Source of the DNA: Candidatus Krumholzibacteriota bacterium
GTDB lineage: Bacteria > Krumholzibacteriota > Krumholzibacteriia > JAJRXK01
DNA length: 64,000 nucleotides
Direction of reading: 5' to 3'
NCBI GenBank assembly: GCA_963764625.1
Contig: CAVXTH010000005.1
Location: 384,001 to 448,000 of the forward strand
Of the stretch, positions 9,511 to 18,978 are shown piece after piece. How positions within the stretch are numbered: position 1 is the stretch's first letter; each line of letters opens with the position of its first letter. A program made the position numbers and the translations under genes. A model generated the notes under the pieces. That model was not told the DNA's origin, did no database searches, and saw only the letters and a list, made by a program, of their open reading frames with translations.

Positions 9511-12154
9511 TTGGCCTCGATTTCTTTCACCCTGAACGGTACGCCGCGCACCTTCGAGTCCTACGAGGGCGAGACGCTCATGCAATCGCTGCGCGAGCGC
9601 TTCGGCATGCTCTCCGTCAAGAACGGCTGCGCGCCGCAGGGACAGTGCGGGGCCTGTCTCGCTTTAATCGACGGCAAGGCCAAGACGACCTGTGCCATCC
9701 CGGTGGAAAAGGCCGACGGCAAGGAGGTCCTCACCCTGGAGGGCATCGGCGAGGAGAACCGCCGCCTCATCGCCCGCTGTTTCACGACCGCAGCCGGTCT
9801 GCAGTGTGGCTTTTGCATCCCCGGAATCGCGCTGCGCACCCACTGGCTGCTGGAACGCAACCCCGACCCCAGCCGCGAGGAAATCGCCAAGTCGCTCGAC
9901 GCGCATCTCTGCCGCTGCACCGGATATCTGCGCATCTTCGACGCCATCGAAATGGTGGCCACGGCCCGGCGAGGCGAGCCCATTCCGAAAGCGGAAGACG
10001 ACGGCCGGGTGGGCAAAAGCCTGCGCCGCTGGCACGGCGAGGACCTCACCCTGGGGATGCACGAGTACGTCGACGACATGAAGCGGCCCGGCATGCTGTA
10101 CGGCACGGTGGTGCTCAGCAAGCATCCTCGGGCCAAAGTGAAGAGCATCGACACGAGCAAGGCGCGCGCACTACCCGGCGTCGAGCGCGTGTTCACCGCG
10201 GAAGACGTTCCCGGCAATCGTTGGTACGGGCTCATCCTATCCGACTGGCCCGGACTGGTGGCGGTGGGCGAAGAAGTGCGCTGCGTGGGCGACATGCTGG
10301 CCATCGTGGCCGCAGACAGCGAAGCCACTGCCCGCGCCGCGGCACGTCTGGTGGAAGTGGAGTACGAAGTGCTCGAGGCCATGACCACGACGACCGCCGC
10401 TCTGGCCGAGGGAGCGCCGCGCGTGAATCCCACCCACGACAACCTTCTCTCCCGCACCACGATCCGTCGCGGGGACGCCGACAAGGCCTTCGCGTCCGCG
10501 ACCCACGTGGTCGAAGGACACTATCAAACCCAACGCATCGAGCATCTCTACCTGGAACCCGAGGCCTGCCTGGCCGAACCGCGCGAGGACGGCGGCCTGC
10601 GTTTCTACACCCAGGGACAGGGCGTCTTCGACGACCGGCGTCAGGTGGCCGCGTTCCTGGACCTGCCCCACGAAAAAGTGGAAGCGGTGCTCGCTCCCAA
10701 CGGCGGCGCGTTCGGCGGCAAGGAGGACATGTCCATCCAGGCCCAGACCGCGCTCATCACCCATCTCACCGGCCGGGCGGCCAAGATCACTCTGAATCGG
10801 GAGGAGAGCATCCGCATCCATCCCAAACGCCACCCCATCGCCATGGACTATAAAGTGGCCTGCGACGCCGAGGGACATCTGCTCGCGGTGCGCGCGCGCA
10901 TGACCGGTGACACCGGCGCCTACGCTTCGGTTGGCGCTAAAGTGCTCGAACGCGCGGCGGGACATTCCTGCGGCGCCTACCGGGTGCCCAACGTCGACAT
11001 CGTCGCCGACGCGGTCACCACCAACAATCCACCCTGCGGAGCCATGCGCGGCTTCGGCGCGAACCAGGCCCACTTCGCCATCGAAGGGTGCATGGATCTG
11101 TTGGCGGAAAAATGCGGACTCGATGCCTGGGAGATGCGCTGGCGCAACGCGCTTCAAGTGGGCGACACCACTTCCACCGGACAAGTCCTGGAGAAATCGG
11201 TCGGTCTGAAGGAGACCCTACGCGCGGTAAAGGATTCCTTCTACGCGGCCCTCGCGGCGGGACAGGCGGTGGGCGTGGCCTGCGGCATCAAGAACAGCGG
11301 CATCGGCAACGGCGCCACCGAATGGGGCAAAGCCCGGCTCGTGGTGGAGGACGGCGGCAGGGTGACCATCTTCAACGGCTTCACCGAGATGGGACAGGGC
11401 CTGTCTGACCGTCCTCATCCAGTGCGCAGTCGAGGTGACCGGACTCTCCGCGAGCACTTTCGAGGCCCGGGTCTCCACCGAACACGAGATGAGCGTGGGC
11501 CAGACCACCGGCAGCCGCGGCACCTTGTTGGGAGGGCGCGCGGTGGTCGACGCGGCCCAGAAACTGAAAGAGGATCTCGACGCGGGCAAGACCCTCGCCG
11601 ACCTGACGGGCCGGGTCTACGTGGGCGAAACTCTCATCGACGACACCACCTCACCGGACCAGGTCGTCGAGCGCGTCAAGACCCACACCTCCTACGGCTT
11701 CGCCACCCAGATGGTCGTGCTCGACAAAGAAGGCAAACTGGAGAGAGTGATCGCCGCCCACGACGTGGGCCGGGCCATCAATCCCGACCTTTGCGCGGGG
11801 CAGATCGAAGGTTCGGTGCACATGGGCCTGGGCTACGCCCTCAGCGAGGAATTGCCCTGCCCCGGAGGCTGGCCGGTGAGCTACAAACTGCGCGACCTGG
11901 GGGTGATCCGCGCCCCCGCAATGCCTGCGGTCGAGGTCATTCTGGTGGAAGACCCCGAGCCCGAAGGGCCGTTTGGCGCCAAGGGAGTGGGCGAGATCGG
12001 ACTCGTTCCCACCGCGGGGGCTGTCGCGTGCGCACTGGCCGCGTACGACGGCAAGCACCGCATGACGCTTCCCATGAAGAACTCCACCGCGTTCACCGCT
12101 CTGAAAGTGGGACGCATCAAGGATCGCACCGTGCCCGCGCCGGTCGAGAGTTGA
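9511..12154 (+). CDS. Fused [2Fe-2S]/molybdopterin xanthine dehydrogenase, selenium-dependent XDH-like (one +1 frameshift at ~11404)
   Basis: [53 protein letters not shown] continues in the +1 frame as [13 protein letters not shown] into ORF 11435..12154 ([19 protein letters not shown]). TTG start follows AGGAG. Confidence 0.88.
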
Positions 12155-12179
12155 GAACCTTGGCGCGCTGGAGGATCCC

Positions 12180-13192
12180 ATGAGCGATCGTCGTGGTCAG
12201 GTCAACGCGCACACCCATCTCTACAGCGGACTTGTGCCCCTGGGGATGCCCCCTCCCGATCCCACGCCCTCCACTTTCGTGGAGATCCTGGAGTCGGTGT
12301 GGTGGAGGACTGGATCGCGCGCTCGACGAAAAGAGTCTGCGCGCCGCCGCGCGCTTCTATCTGAGCGACGCCCTGCGCTTAGGCACCACCGCGCTCGTCG
12401 ATCACCACGAATCGCCCAACTTCATCGAGGGCTCGCTGGACGTGCTGGCCGACGCCTGCCAGGAGCTGGGCATGCGCGCCCTGCTCTGCTACGGAGCCAC
12501 CGAGCGCAACGGCGGACTCGACGAAGGGCGCGCCGGTCTGGCCGAGTGCCGCCGATTCTTGAAGGAGAACGATCGACCGCTGGTGCGCGGTTGCGTGGGA
12601 CTGCACGCGTCGTTCACCGTGAGCGACGAGTTGCTCCTGGAAGCAGGGCAACTCTGCCGCGAATTCTCGACCGTACTGCACGTGCATCTGGCCGAGGGCC
12701 CAGAAGATGTGGAAGACGCGCAGCACCGCGGCTGGCCCGGACCCCTCGCTCGCCTCTTGCACTTTCGCTGCCTGCCCGAGGGTTCGATCCTGGCCCACGG
12801 CGTTCATCTGAGCCGCGAGCAGGTCCTCCGCTGCGAGGAACTCGGACTGTGGCTGGTGCAGAACCCGCGCTCGAACGCGGCGAATGGGGTGGGCTATCCC
12901 AAAGCTCTGGCCAACAGCACGCGCGTGGCCCTGGGCACCGACGGCTTCCCCTCGGACATGGCGGCCGAAGAGCAGGCCCTCCTGAAGGAAGCGGCACGGG
13001 CCGGCGAGACAGGTGAGCGCATCGCGGCGCGTCTGGCGAACGGCCACCTTCTTTTCGCCGAGCGCTTCGGCGTCCGATTCTAGCGCCAGCGATACCGCCA
13101 CCTCTGGCCCCGCTCACATCGACGCGGCGGAGATCCGCGCGGAGGCGCAAGAGGAAGCGCGCCGTCTGTGGGAGCGTATGAGCACGCTCTGA
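12180..13192 (+). CDS. SsnA-like metal-dependent amidohydrolase (two +1 frameshifts at ~12309 and ~13081)
   Basis: [64 protein letters not shown]. After the TAG at 13081 the +1 frame gives the typical tail [21 protein letters not shown], with a stop at 13190-13192. Confidence 0.85.
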
Positions 13193-13287
13193 ACCAAGGA
13201 ATTTCTGTTTCGGTGGGCGCGAAGGTTGTACTTTGAACGCCACCTTTTGCGGGATGCACCCGCCACGGGATCGAAGAAGGAGCCGTC

Positions 13288-14787
13288 ATGCCGTCCCTGG
13301 GACTCGAAAAGCACGTCGTGGACCGCCAAGTCTACGAGAACAGCCTGGAGCGATTCGCGGAACAGAAGATCCTCCTTCCCACCTTCGCTCAACTCTCAGA
13401 GCCGTGGACGATTCCGGCCGAAGTTCAGAAGGCGCTGCAATCGGTTGGTCCGAACGAGCCCCATCCTTTGAACCTCTTCCGCGTGCACTGGTACATGGAT
13501 GCCGACCGGCGCAGTCTCGCGAAGTTGCCCGAGTTCATGGTCCTGCCCAAGGAGATCACCGGGGTCGACGCCAAAATCGTGCTCTTGATCGGCGCCAATT
13601 TCCCCATGATTGAAGCGCACAAGGTCTTGGCCGCTTACGGCTGTCTCGCGCCCCGCGTGATCACCGGGATGTTCGACCCTCTGCATCATCGCGCAGTGTG
13701 GCCCAGCACGGGAAACTACTGCCGCGGTGGAGTCGCGATCTCCCGGATCATGGCGTGCCGCGGGGTGGCGGTGTTGCCGGAGGGCATGAGCCGCGAGCGC
13801 TTCGCCTGGCTCGAGAACTGGGTGGCCGATCCTGCGGACGTCATCGCGACCCCGGGGACCGAGAGCAACGTGAAGGAGATCTACGACAAGTGTCACGAAC
13901 TCGATGCCGATCCCGACAACATCATCTTCAACCAGTTTTCGGAATTCGGAAACCACCTGGTTCACCGTCTCTGCACCGGCAAAGCGGGCGCCCAGGTCTT
14001 CGAGCATCTCAAGAAGCACGACGCAAAGCTGCAGCTACGCGCGTTCGTCTCGGCCACCGGTTCGGCGGGGACGCTCGGCGCCGGAGACTACTTGAAGGAT
14101 GAGTATGGCTCTTGGAACGTAGCGGTGGAAGCCCTCGAGTGTCCGACCATGCTCTATAACGGGTTCGGCGAGCACAACATCCAGGGCATCGGGGACAAAC
14201 ACATTCCCCTCATTCACAACGTGATGGGGACCGACATGGCGATCGCCATTTCCGATGAGTCCACCGACGCGCTCAACCTGCTTTTCAACAGCGAAGTGGG
14301 TCACGAATATCTGCAAAGCCGTCAGGGAGTGCCCAAGGAGACGATTCAGCGACTCCACAAGTTGGGGCTGTCTTCGCTATGCAACATCCTTGCGTCGATC
14401 AAGGCGGCCAAGTATCTGAACCTGGGCGAAGACGACGTCCTTTTGACGGTGGCCACCGATCCGGCCTCGCTGTACGACACCGAGCGCGAGAAGACACTGA
14501 AGGGTGCTTTCGGAGGGAAGTTCGACGCGGTGAACGCGGGTGAAGTGTTCGGTCAACACCTCGAGGGCACGCGTACCGACCACGTGCTCGAGTGCACTCT
14601 TCGCGACCGCGAACGAATTTTTGACCTCGGATACTACACCTGGGTGGAGCAACAGGGCGTGAGCATCGAGGAGTTCGTCGCGAGGCGTCACGAGAATTTC
14701 TGGCGCGAGCTCGTTGCTCTCACTCCGGCCTGGGACGAGATGATCGGCGAGTTCAATACCCGTACCGGCGTGAAGCCACTGCACTGA
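13288..14787 (+). CDS. PLP-dependent fold-type II enzyme (cysteine synthase/TrpB-like superfamily)
   Basis: AHKV (PLP Lys), WPSTGNY, PEGMSRER, SATGSAGT, HNIQGIG. AAGGAG RBS. Confidence 0.85.
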   Translation: MPSLGLEKHVVDRQVYENSLERFAEQKILLPTFAQLSEPWTIPAEVQKALQSVGPNEPHPLNLFRVHWYMDADRRSLAKLPEFMVLPKEITGVDAKIVLLIGANFPMIEAHKVLAAYGCLAPRVITGMFDPLHHRAVWPSTGNYCRGGVAISRIMACRGVAVLPEGMSRERFAWLENWVADPADVIATPGTESNVKEIYDKCHELDADPDNIIFNQFSEFGNHLVHRLCTGKAGAQVFEHLKKHDAKLQLRAFVSATGSAGTLGAGDYLKDEYGSWNVAVEALECPTMLYNGFGEHNIQGIGDKHIPLIHNVMGTDMAIAISDESTDALNLLFNSEVGHEYLQSRQGVPKETIQRLHKLGLSSLCNILASIKAAKYLNLGEDDVLLTVATDPASLYDTEREKTLKGAFGGKFDAVNAGEVFGQHLEGTRTDHVLECTLRDRERIFDLGYYTWVEQQGVSIEEFVARRHENFWRELVALTPAWDEMIGEFNTRTGVKPLH

Positions 14788-14802
14788 GCCAGAGGAGATT
14801 CG

Positions 14803-16281
14803 GTGGCAAGATCATTGGCCACTCGTTTCGTCTGTTCGGGATGCAGATACGAAATCCCGTCGCGCGAGCCCTTTCCCTTCGCCTGCCCCCATGGCGGTGA
14901 CGGACGCGATCACGTGCTCGTTCGACATCTCGCCCTGGAAAAAGTCGCTTTGACCGCGAACGACGCGTTGCTCGAAGCGCTGCTGGATTCCGAGCCCAAT
15001 CCCTACGTCCGCTACCGACGCGCGTTCCATTCGTACCGGGTCGCGCTCGTCAGCGGCATGAGCGACGAGGCCTACGTCGCGCACGTGCGCGAGCTGGATG
15101 CGCGGGTGGCCGAAGCGGACAAGCTGGCGCGGTCGGCGGATTTGGGGACCGGCTTCCGGGAAACTCCTTTCGCTCCCCACGAGGCACTGGCGAGCGCTGC
15201 GCGCTTTGCCGGCGGTTCGTTGTGGGTGAAAGACGAGACGAACAACGTCTCGGGCTCACACAAGGCCCGTCACCTCATGGGCATCGCCATTTGGCTCTCC
15301 ATCACCGAGACGTTGGGACTGCTCCCCTACACCACCCGTCCTCCTCTGGCCATCGCCTCGTGCGGCAACGCCGCCCTGGCGGCTACGGTGATCGCCCATG
15401 CCCTGCGGTGGCGCCTTCTCGTCTTCGTGCCGTCAGATGCCGACGAGTCGGTCGTTGCGAGCATGCGCGCCTTGAACGCGGAGATCCAGGTCTGCCCCCG
15501 CGAGCCGGGGATGAGAGGCGACCCCTGCGTACAGAGCTTCCACGATGCGGTGGAGGATGGCGCCATCCCCTTCGGCTGCCAGGGGCCGGACAACGGCATG
15601 ACCATCGAGGGCGGCCTGAGTCTGGGCTACGAAATGGCCGGGAGTCTCTTCGGCCGGAAGGAGACTCTGTCGGACATCATCGTGCAGGTGGGGGGCGGGG
15701 CGCTTGCCAGCAGCGTATTCCAGGCCTTTTTCGAAACGGCGACCAGAGTGCGCGAGGCCGAGAATGCGGACGCGAGCCCCGCTGCGATGCAGCTTCCCCG
15801 CATGCACACGGTGCAGACCGACGGAGCCTATCCTCTGCGTCGCGCCTGGGAGAACCTCGTCGACCGCGTGGCCGAACGTCTTGTCGAAGCCCCCGCGGAC
15901 GACGCGCAGGCCGCGGCCATGCTACGGGAGCAAAGTCATCGCGAGCAAGTGGTCGAGGAACTCGACTACGCTGCCGCGCACCGGCGCAAGTTCATGTGGC
16001 CCTGGGAGAGTACGCCGCATTCGATCGCCACCGGCATTCTGGACGACGAAACCTACGACTGGTTTGCCCTGCTCAGAGCTATGGCGTTCAGCGGAGGCAT
16101 CCCGGCGGTCACCGATGAGATCACGCTGCGGAGAGCCAACAAGATTGCGCGCGAAACGACCGCCGCGAAGGTAAGCGTCACGGGAAGCTCGGGGCTGGCG
16201 GGGCTTCTGACTCTGCTTCTAAGTCCAGAGTCATTGGGCGCCGGCAACGCCGCTCTGCTGTTCACCGGCGCCAAGCGCTGA
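14803..16281 (+). CDS. PLP-dependent threonine synthase-like enzyme
   Basis: N-terminal CxxC...CP, LWVKDE..N.SGSHKAR, ASCGNAA, VQVGGGALAS, SIATGI. Confidence 0.8.
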   Translation: MARSLATRFVCSGCRYEIPSREPFPFACPHGGDGRDHVLVRHLALEKVALTANDALLEALLDSEPNPYVRYRRAFHSYRVALVSGMSDEAYVAHVRELDARVAEADKLARSADLGTGFRETPFAPHEALASAARFAGGSLWVKDETNNVSGSHKARHLMGIAIWLSITETLGLLPYTTRPPLAIASCGNAALAATVIAHALRWRLLVFVPSDADESVVASMRALNAEIQVCPREPGMRGDPCVQSFHDAVEDGAIPFGCQGPDNGMTIEGGLSLGYEMAGSLFGRKETLSDIIVQVGGGALASSVFQAFFETATRVREAENADASPAAMQLPRMHTVQTDGAYPLRRAWENLVDRVAERLVEAPADDAQAAAMLREQSHREQVVEELDYAAAHRRKFMWPWESTPHSIATGILDDETYDWFALLRAMAFSGGIPAVTDEITLRRANKIARETTAAKVSVTGSSGLAGLLTLLLSPESLGAGNAALLFTGAKR

Positions 16282-16288
16282 GAGCGGC

Positions 16289-17836
16289 TCAGCCGCCGCG
16301 CGTCCTCTGGCGGAAGAGGCTGGGAAAGCGCGCCATGACCGCGACGGCGACGTCGAATTCCCGACTGTCCATGCATTCGCCGATCTTGTGGGTGTTCTGC
16401 TCGATGCCCGGCCCGATGCCGAAAAGTGGTGGGTGGGCATAGCGTCCCACGCGTACCCAATTCTTGGCGTCGATGTGTTCGATGCCGCTGCTCTGTGCCT
16501 CGACGACCATGCCCACGCCGTCGGTGGAGAAGATCCATCGATCCACCCGCGGCTCCTTTCGCGGCTCTCCCCCTTTGCCCTCCTGAAGGAAGGGGGTCAC
16601 CGTGAGGCGATAGCTCTCGGCGGCGGCCTGGACGGCGGGATGGTCAGCGGGCGTCACCCAGCCGGGATAGATCTGCGCGTTATCGGGAAGGGTACCCTTC
16701 CAGGTGGGCTGAGTGTAACGCGGCGCCTTGATCTCAACCGTCAACCCCGCCTCGCGCGCGACGGCAACCGCCTTCAGATTCTCGATGGCGTTCAGAGCCT
16801 CCTGAGGATCCTCCCCCGCGGTGAGACGTCGATCGAAGCGGAAGACGAAGCGCTCGGGAACCGCGCAATCGCTGGGGGTGTCGAGCACGGCCCAGCTCGC
16901 GGTCCGCGTGCCGGGGCCCAAGAACTCGTCCTCCTTGAATCCCTCGCCCTTGGCGGCCTGCTTGGTGGCCTCCACCAGGATCGCGGCGGAGAACTCCAGA
17001 GGGTTACGGCCCTCCCAGGGCATCGAGCCATGGCAGCTCTTTCCGGTGACCGTCACCTCGATCTGCATGCGTCCCCTCTGACCCCGATAGATGCCCACTG
17101 CTCCCTTGGTGCTGTCGCCGGTTCCCTCGGTGAGAATCACCGCGTCGGGAACCAACTCTAAAGGAGCGCCGGCGAGCTCGTGTTTCATGATGTGCATGGG
17201 GCCGCCCCCGTCGTTGTCCTCTTCGGCAACCGATGCGTACGCCCGCACCACGATCCCGTGCAGGGAACCCTCGTCCTTCAATTCGAGGAGTATCTTGGTG
17301 GCGATGATTTGAGAGACGACCCCGGCGAGTTGATCGGCGCTGCCTCTGCCCCAGACCAAATGCTCCCATTCCTCGCGCGGAGGCATCCAGCCCAGCTCGT
17401 TGCGCAAGAACCTCTCATCGAGGTTCTTGGCGTCGATCACGCCGTCGTAGCAGTCGACGCCTCCGGTGGCCTGCGGCCAACGGTTGCGCAGAGCCGCCAC
17501 CGTGTCGGTGTGACCGTCGTACCACACGACGGTCTTGTCCTTGGCGGCCACGCCGTCGGCAAGATCCTCGACTTTCCACACCAGGTTGCCGAACTCGTCG
17601 AAGCCCACGTCCTGGGGTTTCTCCACCGCGCGGACTTCCACGATCTTGCGCTTCAGATACTCCAGCCGCGGTCCCTCGTGGTTGGAGAGTCCGCAGAGCG
17701 GGTCTCCGCCTTCTTCGGGGGAGCGATCGACGTAGTCGGCCGGAATTCGCACTGCCTCGCGCAGAATTTCCATGGCGATGGGGCGATACTCAACGGCAAG
17801 TTCACGAATTCTCTCGTCCAATGCTTTCTCCTTCAA
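16289..17836 (-). CDS. M20/M28-family hydrolase, YgeY-like
   Basis: DGHTDTV, GRGSADQ, AEED, GQRGR, SCHGSMP, WIFSTDGV. Directly downstream of the YgeW-like gene. Confidence 0.8.
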   Translation of the reverse strand: MKEKALDERIRELAVEYRPIAMEILREAVRIPADYVDRSPEEGGDPLCGLSNHEGPRLEYLKRKIVEVRAVEKPQDVGFDEFGNLVWKVEDLADGVAAKDKTVVWYDGHTDTVAALRNRWPQATGGVDCYDGVIDAKNLDERFLRNELGWMPPREEWEHLVWGRGSADQLAGVVSQIIATKILLELKDEGSLHGIVVRAYASVAEEDNDGGGPMHIMKHELAGAPLELVPDAVILTEGTGDSTKGAVGIYRGQRGRMQIEVTVTGKSCHGSMPWEGRNPLEFSAAILVEATKQAAKGEGFKEDEFLGPGTRTASWAVLDTPSDCAVPERFVFRFDRRLTAGEDPQEALNAIENLKAVAVAREAGLTVEIKAPRYTQPTWKGTLPDNAQIYPGWVTPADHPAVQAAAESYRLTVTPFLQEGKGGEPRKEPRVDRWIFSTDGVGMVVEAQSSGIEHIDAKNWVRVGRYAHPPLFGIGPGIEQNTHKIGECMDSREFDVAVAVMARFPSLFRQRTRGG

Positions 17837-18978
17837 TCGAGTAAATCGAGCAGTCGCCCGCGAAGACTGGACTGCTTGGCGACCGCCAGCAGAGCCATGA
17901 TCACGTAGACTTTCTTGTTGGCTTCGCGCGCTACGTCCACTCGCGCCGATTCCATGACCTTAGGGCTCACCTCGGCGCCAATGTCAGCCGGCAGGCAGTG
18001 CATGTAGAGCGTGTTCGGACCGCGTGTCAAGCGCATCCTCCGCTCATCGCAAATCCAATCGGTGAACCCGCGGTTGCGTTCGAGCGCGGCCTTCTCGATG
18101 GCCGACATGCGCTCGAGGTCGCGTGCACGATTCGCCTGGACTCGTTCCAGCATGAGATCGTACGGGCCCCAGCTCTTGGGGTAGACGATATCGGCTCCCT
18201 CGAAGGCGGCATCCATGTCGTTGCCCACGGTGAGACTTCCTCCGTGTTCCTTCGCGAAGCGCTTGCCCGCTTCGAGCGTTTCGGGCATGAGCTCGTAGCC
18301 CTTTGGATGGGCCAGGCGAACGTGCATTCCAAAGCGCGTCATCAAAGTGATCACACCCTGGGGAACCGAGAGGGGCTTGGCGTAGGAGGGCGAATACGCC
18401 CAACTCATGGCAATGCTCTTCCCCTGCAATCCCTCGGGGAAACGCTCGCGCAGCCAGGCCAGGTCGGCCAGGGTCTGGGTGGGGTGATCGATATCGCACT
18501 GCAGGTTCACCAGCGGAACCACTCGGTCGTCGCCGATGGCGTCGAGGTATTCGATGATCCCCCGATGCGCGTCGCGCATGAAGGTATTGCCCTCCCCCAG
18601 AATCAGATCATGACGCACTCCCAGGGCATGGGCGTTCATCCCCAACATGGCTCCGGTCTCCGCCGCCGTCTCTCCGTGGGAGACCTGCGTACTTCCCCCG
18701 TCGAGGATTACCGGCCGCGCGCCCAGGCGGGCGCTGGCTCCGGCCCACGCGGAGCGGGTTCGGGTGGAGGAATCGAAGAAGAGCGCGAGAAAGAGCTCGT
18801 TGGGAAAGAGGGGAGCCTGGATTCGGGCTCGATCGAGCGCCTGGAAGGTCTCGACGAGATCGAGCAAGAGCGCAATTTGGGGTTGCGACCATTCACGGGT
18901 GAGAAACAGCGTGCGACCTTCCATGGTCGCGAGCTTGGTATCGTCGAGCGCTTCAATGAGCTGCCGCGGATCGATCAT
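17833..18978 (-). CDS. ygeW: Knotted carbamoyltransferase, YgeW-like
   Basis: SSTRT carbamoyl-phosphate motif, SHGET..ET, NLQCDIDHPTQ, WAYSPSYAKPLSVPQG, YPKSW, MHCLPAD. Confidence 0.85.
   Translation of the reverse strand: MIDPRQLIEALDDTKLATMEGRTLFLTREWSQPQIALLLDLVETFQALDRARIQAPLFPNELFLALFFDSSTRTRSAWAGASARLGARPVILDGGSTQVSHGETAAETGAMLGMNAHALGVRHDLILGEGNTFMRDAHRGIIEYLDAIGDDRVVPLVNLQCDIDHPTQTLADLAWLRERFPEGLQGKSIAMSWAYSPSYAKPLSVPQGVITLMTRFGMHVRLAHPKGYELMPETLEAGKRFAKEHGGSLTVGNDMDAAFEGADIVYPKSWGPYDLMLERVQANRARDLERMSAIEKAALERNRGFTDWICDERRMRLTRGPNTLYMHCLPADIGAEVSPKVMESARVDVAREANKKVYVIMALLAVAKQSSLRGRLLDLLD

Noticed and set aside
11405-12183. C-terminal third of the 900-aa ORF 9481..12183
   Set aside because: Arg/Gly/Pro-rich out-of-frame read-through after the frameshift. 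The real sequence is in the +1 frame ending at 12154.
13081-13083. Possible amber read-through (pyrrolysine) in the amidohydrolase
   Set aside because: The conserved tail is in the +1 frame, not in frame with the TAG.
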